Source: Candidatus Latescibacterota bacterium (lineage in GTDB: Bacteria; Latescibacterota; UBA2968; UBA8231). From it: DNA of 64,000 nucleotides. Where the stretch lies: contig CBDCSU010000004.1 in assembly GCA_965221775.1 (NCBI GenBank), forward strand, positions 736,001-800,000, in the 5' to 3' direction. A program made the position numbers and the translations under genes. The notes under the pieces were generated by a model. The model worked only from the letters and a program-made list of their open reading frames with translations. It was not told where the DNA came from and made no database searches. Shown here piece by piece: positions 44,529 through 52,930 of this stretch; the stretch's first letter is position 1, and each line of letters starts with the position of its first letter.

Positions 44529-45755
44529 ATGATGAAGCTGGCGCAACGTCCGGTCTCTCGCTCGATGGCCCCCCTGTTGATGATTGCAGGATTGCTGCTG
44601 GCCGCCTTTGCCATGGCCTGTCGGGGCGGGCAGGATGCACCCGAGCCAGAAGGCCGGGACGACCCCGGGTTCTCCGACGACCACGTCCTCTTCGGTCAAT
44701 CCGCCGCCTTCACCGGACCGGCGCGGGAGTTGGGTCAGGCGATGCGCCTGGGAATCGAGGCGGCCTTCCACGAGGCGAACCAGGGAGGGGGCGTCCATGG
44801 CCGCGAGCTGAAGCTCAAGGCCCTGGATGACGGCTACGAAACCGGCTTCGCCGCTTCCAACACGGAACGGCTGATCGAGATCGAGAGGGTCTTCGCCCTC
44901 ATCGGAGCGGTGGGCACACCCACGTCCCGCGCCGCATCACCGCTGGCCCGGGCGGCCCGGGTGCCCTTCCTGGCTCCCTTCACGGGGGCCGAGTTCCTGC
45001 GCCACCGGGAGTTGGACAATGTCCTCAACCTCCGGGCCTCGTACTACCAGGAAACCGAGGAGATGGTGGCGCGGCTCACCGAGGACCTGGGGATCACCCG
45101 CGTCGCCGTCCTCTACCAGGATGACTCCTTCGGCCTGAACGGGCTGGAGGGCGCGAGACGGGCCCTCGAGCGCCGCGGCCTGGAGCCGGCAGCGGCCGCC
45201 CACTACCCGCGCAATACCCGCGCCGTGAGGGGGGCGGCGCTCAAGATCACCGCGGCCGATCCGGAAGCGGTGATCCTCATCGGCTCCTACATGCCGGTGG
45301 TGAAGACCATAGAGTTGGTGCGGCGGGAGCTGGACCCGGTATTCATGACGGTCTCCTTCGTGGGGAGCAACGCCCTGGCCAACGAGCTGGGCCCCGACGG
45401 GGCCGGCGTGTACGTCACGCAGGTGGTTCCCCTCCCCCACGACGCGGACATCCCCGTGGTGGCTCGATACCACGGGGCGCTCTTCGAGTACGACCCCCGG
45501 GCGGAACCCGGGTTCGTCTCGTTGGAAGGGTATCTGGCCGGCCGCCTGGCCGTGGCCGGCCTCGAAGCCTGCGGCCGCGACCTGAGTCGAGAGTGCCTTC
45601 TCCAGGCGGTGCGGGAGGCCGGCACCATCGACATCGACGGCATGCGGCTCAAGTACGGGCCGGACGACAACCAGGGATCCGACGCCGTGTTCCTCACCGT
45701 GATCGGCACGGACGGCGAGTACCAAGGGGTCGACAGACTCAGAGGCCCGAACTAG
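44529..45755 (+). CDS. ABC branched-chain amino acid-type substrate-binding lipoprotein
   Basis: AAFAMA-C lipobox-like, FGQSAAFTGP, GGVHGR..DDGYE, VGTPT, LRASY..E. Confidence 0.88.
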   Translation: MMKLAQRPVSRSMAPLLMIAGLLLAAFAMACRGGQDAPEPEGRDDPGFSDDHVLFGQSAAFTGPARELGQAMRLGIEAAFHEANQGGGVHGRELKLKALDDGYETGFAASNTERLIEIERVFALIGAVGTPTSRAASPLARAARVPFLAPFTGAEFLRHRELDNVLNLRASYYQETEEMVARLTEDLGITRVAVLYQDDSFGLNGLEGARRALERRGLEPAAAAHYPRNTRAVRGAALKITAADPEAVILIGSYMPVVKTIELVRRELDPVFMTVSFVGSNALANELGPDGAGVYVTQVVPLPHDADIPVVARYHGALFEYDPRAEPGFVSLEGYLAGRLAVAGLEACGRDLSRECLLQAVREAGTIDIDGMRLKYGPDDNQGSDAVFLTVIGTDGEYQGVDRLRGPN

Positions 45756-45789
45756 AGACCTCCCGAACGGCACTGCGGAGAACCCCAAG

Positions 45790-47523
45790 ATGTCCATGGA
45801 AGGCTTCTCGCTCCAGGCGATAACGGATCTGTTCAAGTTCGCCGAGCACACCCACGAACTGCACCAGTCGCTGTTGACTCTCGGACTGCTCATCATCGTT
45901 GCCAAGCTGGCCGAGGGCGTCTTCCGCAGGCTGCGCCTGAACTCCATCATCGCCTATGCGGCGACGGGCATGCTCCTGGGTCCGGTCATGGAGCTCACCG
46001 GCCTCTGGTGGATCGAGTCGACCCTGCACCTCGAGCTGGTCCTGGCGCTGGGGGTGTTCATCTTCTTCTTCCTCATCGGCCTGGACGAAGTCGACATCTC
46101 CAGTTTCATGTCGTCCCTCAAAGGCCACTACTTCCTCGCCGCCGTGCTCTCCGTGACCGTGTCGCTGAGCATCTCGATGCTGGTCACCACCGACCTGGTC
46201 TTCGATTTCGGACTGAAACTGAATTTCACCGAGTCCCTGGCCCTGGCCGGCGTCCTGTCCATGACCAGTCTGGGCATCGTGGCGAAAGTGCTGACGGACG
46301 GCGGCTACCTGAAAAAGCCGGTCGGACTGCAGATCTTCACGGTGGTGATCATCGCCGAGTTGATCGCCCTGCTGCTGATCGGCTTCAGCATCGGCGAGCA
46401 CGCCCACCAGCTTTCCCCCGTGGGCATACTGATCCTGCTCGGCAAAGTCGCCGGTTTCTCGGTGGTGACCTGGGTGTTGTCGTCGCGGGTGCTGCCACCC
46501 CTGGTGGCGCTGTTGCAACGGGTGATCCAGGTGCCGCAGCTCTCCCTGGGTCTGCTCCTCGGCATGCTCTTCCTGATCGTGTACGGCGCCGAAGCGGTGG
46601 GACTCCACGGCTCGCTGGGGGCCCTGCTCTTCGGGGCGTCGCTCTCGGGCCTTCCCTACCAGGTGCAGCGGGAGATCATCCCGGGGATTCGCAGCGTCGC
46701 CGAGGGGTTCTTCGTGCCCCTGTTCTTCGCTTCCGCCGGATTGAGCTTCAGCTTCACCTTCGTCACCCTGCCCCTGGAGGCGATGGCGGGGCTGGCGCTG
46801 ATCCCGTTGCTCGGCAACTTCACCGGCGCCTTCATCGGCGCTTACGTCTCCCGCCTCGCCGTTCCCTACGCCGTGGCCACCGGCCTGATGGGCAAGGGCG
46901 TGGCCGAGATCGCGCTGTTGCTGGTCATGTGGGATTCCGGAATCATCGACGAGGTGGTTTTCTCGTTCCTGGTGCTGGTCATGTTCTGCTACATCCTGTT
47001 CATGCCGTCGGTGATCAACTTCGCCGTGGGCCGGGCCAGCCACAGGACCGACCTGCCGGAGAAACTCGACGACATTCCCCTGGGAATCGCCCGCTTCGCC
47101 CTCGAAGACATCAGGATCGACGACATTCTGGACCGCGCGCACCGGCATCCGGCGCCGACCGTCACGGTGCGCGACTTCACCGAGCAGTGGATCGTCCCGC
47201 ACCAGCCCCACTACGTCGTGGCAGACGAGGAAGCGCTCGTGGGGATCGTCTCCCTGGAGATGCTCCGCTACCTGCCCAAGGAGGCCTGGGGCAAGACCCG
47301 GCTCGACGCCGTGGTACGCCGCCAGACCCCGTTGGCCTGGCCGGACGAGCAGGTCGAAGACGTGCTGCAGCGCATGTCGGAGAGTTCCCTTTCCGTCATG
47401 CCTGTCGTGGAGCGGGATTCGGAGAGGTTTCTGGGCTCGGTCACCAGCAACGACATCATCCAGCTCATGACCATGGAGACCGTGGACGAGAGCAGATCGC
47501 CGCGCGGTCCGATCAAGGCCTGA
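45790..47523 (+). CDS. Cation:proton antiporter (CPA2) with C-terminal CBS pair
   Basis: About 12 hydrophobic helices, FLIGL, GALLFG, FFVPLFFASAG, KGVAE; CBS-like LVGIVS and FLGSVT. Confidence 0.85.
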   Translation: MSMEGFSLQAITDLFKFAEHTHELHQSLLTLGLLIIVAKLAEGVFRRLRLNSIIAYAATGMLLGPVMELTGLWWIESTLHLELVLALGVFIFFFLIGLDEVDISSFMSSLKGHYFLAAVLSVTVSLSISMLVTTDLVFDFGLKLNFTESLALAGVLSMTSLGIVAKVLTDGGYLKKPVGLQIFTVVIIAELIALLLIGFSIGEHAHQLSPVGILILLGKVAGFSVVTWVLSSRVLPPLVALLQRVIQVPQLSLGLLLGMLFLIVYGAEAVGLHGSLGALLFGASLSGLPYQVQREIIPGIRSVAEGFFVPLFFASAGLSFSFTFVTLPLEAMAGLALIPLLGNFTGAFIGAYVSRLAVPYAVATGLMGKGVAEIALLLVMWDSGIIDEVVFSFLVLVMFCYILFMPSVINFAVGRASHRTDLPEKLDDIPLGIARFALEDIRIDDILDRAHRHPAPTVTVRDFTEQWIVPHQPHYVVADEEALVGIVSLEMLRYLPKEAWGKTRLDAVVRRQTPLAWPDEQVEDVLQRMSESSLSVMPVVERDSERFLGSVTSNDIIQLMTMETVDESRSPRGPIKA

Positions 47524-47557
47524 GGCGGCTGGCCCGCGAGGCCGGGTGTCCGCCGCA

Positions 47558-47578
47558 AGCCCGCCGGAGAGGCGGGCT
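47558..47578. terminator. Hairpin between the convergent antiporter gene and asd
   Basis: agcccgcc-ggaga-ggcgggct. Confidence 0.4.
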
Positions 47579-48600
47579 CAGGAGCCGAGACGGCCGGCGG
47601 CGGCCAGGGCCTCGGCGATCTGCACGGCGTTGAGGGCCGCGCCCTTGCGGAGCTGATCGCCGCACAGGAACATGCTCACGGAGGTGCCGTCGGGCCGCGA
47701 CAGGTCCCGGCGGATGCGGCCCACGAGCACGTCGTCCCGGCCGCTGGCCTCCAGGGGCATGGGGAAGTGGTTGGCCTCGCGGTCGTCCACGAGAGCCACC
47801 CCCGGCGCCTCGCCCAGGATCCGCCGCACCTCCTCCTCGCTCACCGGCTCCTCGAACTCGACGGTCACCGCCTCGGAGTGGGCCCGCAGGATGGGGACGC
47901 GCACGCAGGTGGGCGACACCAGGATCGACTCCTCGTGGAACATCTTGCGCGTCTCCCGGATCATCTTCACCTCTTCCTCGCAGTAACCGTCGGCGTCGAT
48001 CTCGGTGTTGTGCGAGAACAGGTTGAAGGCGATGGGGTACGGCAGCTCGCGCGGCACCGCCGGCCGGTCGTTGAGGACGTCCCGCGTCTGCTCCACCAGC
48101 TCCTCCATGGCGGGGGCGCCGGCGCCGGAGATCGCCTGGTAGGTGGAGACGATCACGCGGCGCACGCGGTGGACGCGGTGCAGGGGCCACAAGGGGACGA
48201 CCATGATGATGGTGGAGCAGTTCGGGTTGGCGACGATGCCCTTGTGGGCGTCCAGGTCGGCGGGATTGACCTCGGGCACCACGAGGGGCACCTCCGGGTC
48301 CATGCGGAAGGCGGAGGTGTTGTCCACGACCACGGCGCCGGCGGCCACCGCCGCGGGCGCGTAGCGCCGGCTGAGGCTGCCGCCGGCCGACGACAGCACC
48401 AAGTCCATGCCCTCGAAGGAACCCTCGGTCAGCTCCTGCACGGTGAGGCTCTCGCCGCGGTAGTCGATCCTGCGCCCGGCGGAACGGCGCGAGGCCAGCA
48501 GCCGCAGCTCCTTCACCGGGAAGTCGCGCTCGGCGAGGATCTCGAGCATGACCTCGCCCACGGCGCCGGTGGCGCCCATGATGGCGACGCGGAAGCTCAC
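47578..48600 (-). CDS. asd: Aspartate-semialdehyde dehydrogenase
   Basis: GATGAVG, DNTSAFRM, PLVVPEVN, ANPNCST, STYQAISGAG, DQLRKGAALNAVQIAE. Confidence 0.97.
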   Translation of the reverse strand: MSFRVAIMGATGAVGEVMLEILAERDFPVKELRLLASRRSAGRRIDYRGESLTVQELTEGSFEGMDLVLSSAGGSLSRRYAPAAVAAGAVVVDNTSAFRMDPEVPLVVPEVNPADLDAHKGIVANPNCSTIIMVVPLWPLHRVHRVRRVIVSTYQAISGAGAPAMEELVEQTRDVLNDRPAVPRELPYPIAFNLFSHNTEIDADGYCEEEVKMIRETRKMFHEESILVSPTCVRVPILRAHSEAVTVEFEEPVSEEEVRRILGEAPGVALVDDREANHFPMPLEASGRDDVLVGRIRRDLSRPDGTSVSMFLCGDQLRKGAALNAVQIAEALAAAGRLGS

Positions 48601-49895
48601 AGGTCCTGCATCCGGATCAGGCGCGCTCCGCGGGTCACCGGAGGCAGGGCCTCGATGGCACCCATGGCCTGCTGCATGGCCCGCTCCCGCGCCTCGTGGG
48701 TGACGATGACCAGGGGCACGGCGCCGCCCTGGAGGTCGCGCTCCTTCTGCAGCACGGAGGCGATGCTGATGCGCTCCTCGGCGAGGATGCGGGCGATCTG
48801 CTCGAGGACGCCGGGGCGGTCCTCCACCAGGACCCGCAGGAAGTAGCGGATCTCGGCGTCGCGGATGTCGGCGAAGCCCAGCGCTTCTTCGCCGAGGATC
48901 ATGTCCTCGATGGAGGTCGACGCCCCCCGCCGGCGGCGCTCGGCCAGCTCCACGAGATCGGAGACCACGGCGCTCGCCGTGGGCATGCGCCCGGCGCCGG
49001 CGCCGGAGAACACCTGGGTGCCCACGGCGCTGCCCACGACCTCGATGGCGTTGAACTCGTCCTGGATGTTGGCCAGCTGCGACTCGCCGGGGACCATGAC
49101 CGGATGGACGCGGGCCTCCACGAGGCCGCCGCCGCCGTGCCGGGCGATGGCCAGGAGCTTGATGGCGAAGCCCAGCTCGCGGGCGTACTCGATGTCGCTC
49201 GCCTCGATATCCTCGATCCCCTCGCAGTAGATGTCGGCCGCCGTGCCCCGCGTGTGAAAGGCGATGCGGCTGAGGATGGCGAGCTTGGAGGCGGCGTCGG
49301 CGCCGCTCACGTCGGCCGCCGGGTCGGGCTCGGCGTAGCCGGCGGCCTGGGCCCGGGCCAGGATCTCGGGGTAGTCGCCCTCGCCGCGGGTCATGCGGCT
49401 GAGGATGTAGTTCGTCGTGCCGTTGAGGATGCCGTAGAGGCTCTCCACGCGGTTGGCCACGAGGCCGTTGCGCAGGGAGCGGATGATGGGGATCCCGCCG
49501 GCGACGCTGGCCTCGAAGAGCAGGTCCACGTCGCCCTCGGCGGCCAGGTCGAACAACTCGTCGCCGTGCTCGGCGATGACCGCCTTGTTGGCGGTGACCA
49601 CGTGTTTGCCCGCCTGCAGGGCCTGGCGAATCCAGCCGAAGGCCTCCGGCGCCCCGGTCAGCTCGACCACCACCTGCACCTCCGGATCGGAGATCACCCG
49701 GCCGGCGTCGCCGGTGAGCACGCCCCGAGGAAGATCGACGTCGCGGCTCTTCGAGGGATCGCGCACCCCTACCCGACGCACCTCGAAGCTGGCCTTGCGG
49801 CGGCGCACGGCGGCGGGGGCCTCGCGCAGGAGCTGCACGACGCCGGTGCCGACCGTGCCGAGGCCGATCAGGCCGAGTCCGAGGGGGTTGCTCAT
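48597..49895 (-). CDS. hom: Homoserine dehydrogenase with ACT domain
   Basis: GLGTVGTG, VVTANK, EASVAGGIP, GILNGTTNYIL, GAGAGRMPTASAV, DRPGVL. Confidence 0.97.
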   Translation of the reverse strand: MSNPLGLGLIGLGTVGTGVVQLLREAPAAVRRRKASFEVRRVGVRDPSKSRDVDLPRGVLTGDAGRVISDPEVQVVVELTGAPEAFGWIRQALQAGKHVVTANKAVIAEHGDELFDLAAEGDVDLLFEASVAGGIPIIRSLRNGLVANRVESLYGILNGTTNYILSRMTRGEGDYPEILARAQAAGYAEPDPAADVSGADAASKLAILSRIAFHTRGTAADIYCEGIEDIEASDIEYARELGFAIKLLAIARHGGGGLVEARVHPVMVPGESQLANIQDEFNAIEVVGSAVGTQVFSGAGAGRMPTASAVVSDLVELAERRRRGASTSIEDMILGEEALGFADIRDAEIRYFLRVLVEDRPGVLEQIARILAEERISIASVLQKERDLQGGAVPLVIVTHEARERAMQQAMGAIEALPPVTRGARLIRMQDL

Positions 49896-50069
49896 CGGTT
49901 CGGGAAGGGGCCCGCGGCGGACGGCGTTGCGCGGCCGGGGATGGGACGGCTCTCGGCGGTCATCGGCGGATCGTTCGGTCGCGCGGTGTGGGTGAGAACG
50001 GCCAGCGGCGAGGTGCCTTCCGGGCGCCTTGGGCTAGCGGCGGGCTCGGAGAACGGGCCAAGCTGTTCG

Positions 50070-50159
50070 AAAGTACCGGGGCCCCCGGATATCGTCAATC
50101 AGAGTGCCCCGACGCGGTACGGGGGCCGCATTGCCGCCCCGGACGGCGGCGGGTAGGTT
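50070..50159. promoter_or_regulatory. Divergent sigma70 promoters for hom-asd (-) and ctaA (+)
   Basis: Minus TTGACG(50098-50093)-17-TACTTT(50075-50070); plus TTGCCG(50131-50136)-17-TAGGTT(50154-50159). Confidence 0.6.
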
Positions 50160-50179
50160 GATTCGGGAGGAGAGGACAG

Positions 50180-51151
50180 GTGAGAGGATTCCGCGACATC
50201 GCCGTGGCCGCCGCGGCGGCGACCTTCCTGCTGATTGCCGTGGGCGGCTTCGTGCGCGCCGCCGGCGCCGGCCTCGGGTGCCCCGACTGGCCCCGGTGCT
50301 TCGGCCGCTGGATCCCGCCCACCGACGCGAGCCAGCTGCCCCCGGAGATCGACCCCGAGAGGTTCGACTTCGCCCTCGCCTGGATCGAGTACGTCAACCG
50401 CCTCCTCGGGGTGGTCGTGGGCCTGCTGATCGTGGCCGTCCTGGTCGCCGCCTGGCGCGTGCACCGCCGCCGGCCGGACATCCTGGTCCCGGCGGCGGCC
50501 ACGGCCCTGCTCGTCGCCTTCCAGGGGTGGTTCGGCGGCCAGGTGGTGGCCCACGAGCTCGACCCGCGGCTGGTGACCGTCCACCTCTTCGTGGCCCTGG
50601 CCATCGCCGGCCTGCTCCTGCACCTGGTCGTGCAGGGCTTCGACGCCGCGGGCGGCCGCCTGCCGCGCCCCCCGGCCGGAGCCGCGCCGCTGTTCCCCAT
50701 CGCCGGCCTCGTCCTGGGGGCGGCGGTTGTGCAGCTCGTCCTCGGCGCCTTCCTGCGCGGCGGCCTGGAGGGGGTGGCCGCCGCCGACCCCGGCCTCGAC
50801 CGCTCCCTCCTCCTCGGCCGCGTCGGCCTGGCCGACGAGATCCACAAGACCGGCGCCCTCGTGGTCGCCCTGCTGTGCGCCTGGCTGCTGTGGGCGGCCC
50901 ACACCCGGCTGCCGGACAGCCCCGGCCTGCGGCGCCTGGCGCAGGCGCCGGCGTGGCTCACCCTGGCGCAGATCGCCGCCGGCCTGGGGCTGACCTCCTG
51001 GGCCCTGCCCCCCGTCCTGCAGCTGGTTCACCTGGTCCTGGGGAGCCTGCTCTTCGGGTGCCTGGTGCTCTCGGTGCTGCTGCTGGCCCCGGGCCGGCAG
51101 GCGCCGCCCGGAGGGACTCCGTCGCGTTCCGCGGCGGCGGGGACTCCGTGA
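50180..51151 (+). CDS. ctaA: Heme A synthase (COX15/CtaA)
   Basis: GAGLGCPDWPRCFG, IEYVNR, QGWFGG.VV, VTVHL, VHLVLG. Confidence 0.88.
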   Translation: MRGFRDIAVAAAAATFLLIAVGGFVRAAGAGLGCPDWPRCFGRWIPPTDASQLPPEIDPERFDFALAWIEYVNRLLGVVVGLLIVAVLVAAWRVHRRRPDILVPAAATALLVAFQGWFGGQVVAHELDPRLVTVHLFVALAIAGLLLHLVVQGFDAAGGRLPRPPAGAAPLFPIAGLVLGAAVVQLVLGAFLRGGLEGVAAADPGLDRSLLLGRVGLADEIHKTGALVVALLCAWLLWAAHTRLPDSPGLRRLAQAPAWLTLAQIAAGLGLTSWALPPVLQLVHLVLGSLLFGCLVLSVLLLAPGRQAPPGGTPSRSAAAGTP

Positions 51152-51272
51152 GGCCGCGAGCATCCTGCTGCCGCACGCGCCGTGCGGACCACCCTTCTCC
51201 AAGGGAGAGCCCATGCAGACCATCGATCATCATCGATGCCCCCCCGCGGGCGGGCCCTCAGGGGCAACTCTG

Positions 51273-51776
51273 GTGAAGTCCGTCCGCGGCATCCTGCCGG
51301 TGCTGCTGGTGTGGTGCGCCGGAGCCCAGGCGCAACCGGCCGCGCCCGACTCGGTCTGGAGCGACGAGGAGTGCTGGACCCTGGCCACCGTGGACGAGAC
51401 GGACGGGCAAGGAGCCCGGATCTGCCTGTGCTGGACCACCGTCGAGGAGGCCGACGCCTATCGGATCTGGCGGGAAATCATGGTGACCCAGGGCCTGGAC
51501 GAAGACGGCAACCTCGTGGAGCTCGACACGCCGAAACCAGCCTGGGTGGCGTGGGGAAGGGTGGATCGACCGGAGGACCAGGGGCCGATCCTGTGCGCCG
51601 TGATCGCCAGCCTCGATGGCGATGCCACCCGGTTGGGCGTATCCAGCGTTCAGGACGAGGAGAGTTCGGAGACGACGGCGGCAGGTGACGCGGCAACGGC
51701 CGTCCGGCGGACCGGTTGGGGCCGGGTCAAGGAGAGCCTCAGAGGCGCAGCCGCCCCGGATTGGCGTAGACGTTGA
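51273..51776 (+). CDS. Small secreted hypothetical protein with C-terminal TAVxxxxWGxVK motif
   Basis: Signal peptide (LPVLLVWCAGAQA), acidic body, TAVRRTGWGRVK; start uncertain (51213 or 51273); overlaps fdhD 3' end. Confidence 0.6.
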   Translation: MKSVRGILPVLLVWCAGAQAQPAAPDSVWSDEECWTLATVDETDGQGARICLCWTTVEEADAYRIWREIMVTQGLDEDGNLVELDTPKPAWVAWGRVDRPEDQGPILCAVIASLDGDATRLGVSSVQDEESSETTAAGDAATAVRRTGWGRVKESLRGAAAPDWRRR

Positions 51777-52569
51777 ACCCGCGGCCGCGGACGAAACCGG
51801 TGAGGGTGATGCCGGCCTCGAGGGCCAGGTCGACGGCCAGGCTCGAGGGCCCCGAGACCGAGGCGATGAAGCCGATCCCCGCGAGGCGCGCCTTCTGCAC
51901 GATCTCGAAGCTGGTGCGGCCGCTGACCATGAGGACCGAGGCGGAGGGCGGCCAGCGGCCGGCGGCGACGTGGTGGCCCACGAGCTTGTCCACGGCGTTG
52001 TGACGGCCCACGTCCTCGCGCAGGGCCAGCAGCCCGCCGGCGGGATCGAAGAGGCCGGCGGCGTGGAGCGAGCCGGTGCGCTCGAACTGGTCCTGGGCGG
52101 TGCGCAGCCGGTCGGGCAGCCCGTGCAGGGTGTCGCCGGCGACCTCGAAGTCGGCGAGCTCCCGGCGGGCCTTGAGCCGGACCTGGTCGATGCTCGCCTT
52201 GCCGCAGACCCCGCAGCTGGAGGTGGCGTAGAAGTTGCGCTTGATCCCGTCGCCGTCGAAGGGGACGCCGGCGGCGAGACGGACGTCGACGACGTTGCGC
52301 TCGTTCGGCGGCGAGGCGGAGGGACAGTAGGAGAGAGTGCCGAGGGCGGCCGGCTCGGGGAGGATGGCCTCGGTGAGGAGGAACCCGGCCACGAGATCGA
52401 AGTCGTCCCCGGGCGTGCGCATGACCACCGCCACCGGCTCGTCGTCGATGCGGATCTCCAGGGGCTCCTCCACGGTCACCGCGTCCGCCTCCGGATCGGC
52501 GGCGGCGCCGTCGCGCACGACCACGCGCCGGCGCTCGGCGAGCCCCGGGGCAGATGCGGCGGGCTTCAC
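51739..52569 (-). CDS. fdhD: Formate dehydrogenase accessory sulfurtransferase FdhD
   Basis: VEEPLEI, MRTPG.D, SSCGVCGK, TGSLHAA, EDVGRHNAVDK, SGRTSFEIVQK. Confidence 0.95.
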   Translation of the reverse strand: MKPAASAPGLAERRRVVVRDGAAADPEADAVTVEEPLEIRIDDEPVAVVMRTPGDDFDLVAGFLLTEAILPEPAALGTLSYCPSASPPNERNVVDVRLAAGVPFDGDGIKRNFYATSSCGVCGKASIDQVRLKARRELADFEVAGDTLHGLPDRLRTAQDQFERTGSLHAAGLFDPAGGLLALREDVGRHNAVDKLVGHHVAAGRWPPSASVLMVSGRTSFEIVQKARLAGIGFIASVSGPSSLAVDLALEAGITLTGFVRGRGFNVYANPGRLRL

Positions 52570-52930
52570 GCGGAGTCCCTCCGGCCGGGCGTGGCCGCGG
52601 GCGCGGGCGTGTCGGTCACCGGCGCGAGCACCCTCCCCCGGCCTGGCCGCGCGCCCGCGAGCGCGTCCCGTCCCACCGGGCGGAAACCAGCCTCTCCGGA
52701 ACCGGGTCCGTCTGCTGGGAGGGCCTCGCCTCGACCGGGGAAGGGATGCATCTGTCTGCGCCGGGATCGATCTGGAAGGAAGGAATGGTGCGAATCTACC
52801 CTGGCCCGCGGCGAACGGCAATCCCGCCGGCGGCGGCGGCGCCCCCCCTCGCAGGGGGCCGTAAACGCCCGAGGACGCCTGAGCGGCGCGATCTCGACGG
52901 CGGGGCCCTCCACCCGCTGACAACTGCCGA

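Noticed and set aside
50380-50405. EYVNR instead of EWxHR in CtaA as an inactivating change
   Set aside because: Asn at this position is, to my knowledge, a common natural variant in CtaA subtypes; other His ligands are present.
52570-52930. SAM riboswitch before the YitJ-like gene or Moco riboswitch before fdhD
   Set aside because: Fragments such as GGTGC and CGGCAA occur but in the wrong order and without the ATC/GAT P1 stem; needs an Rfam scan.
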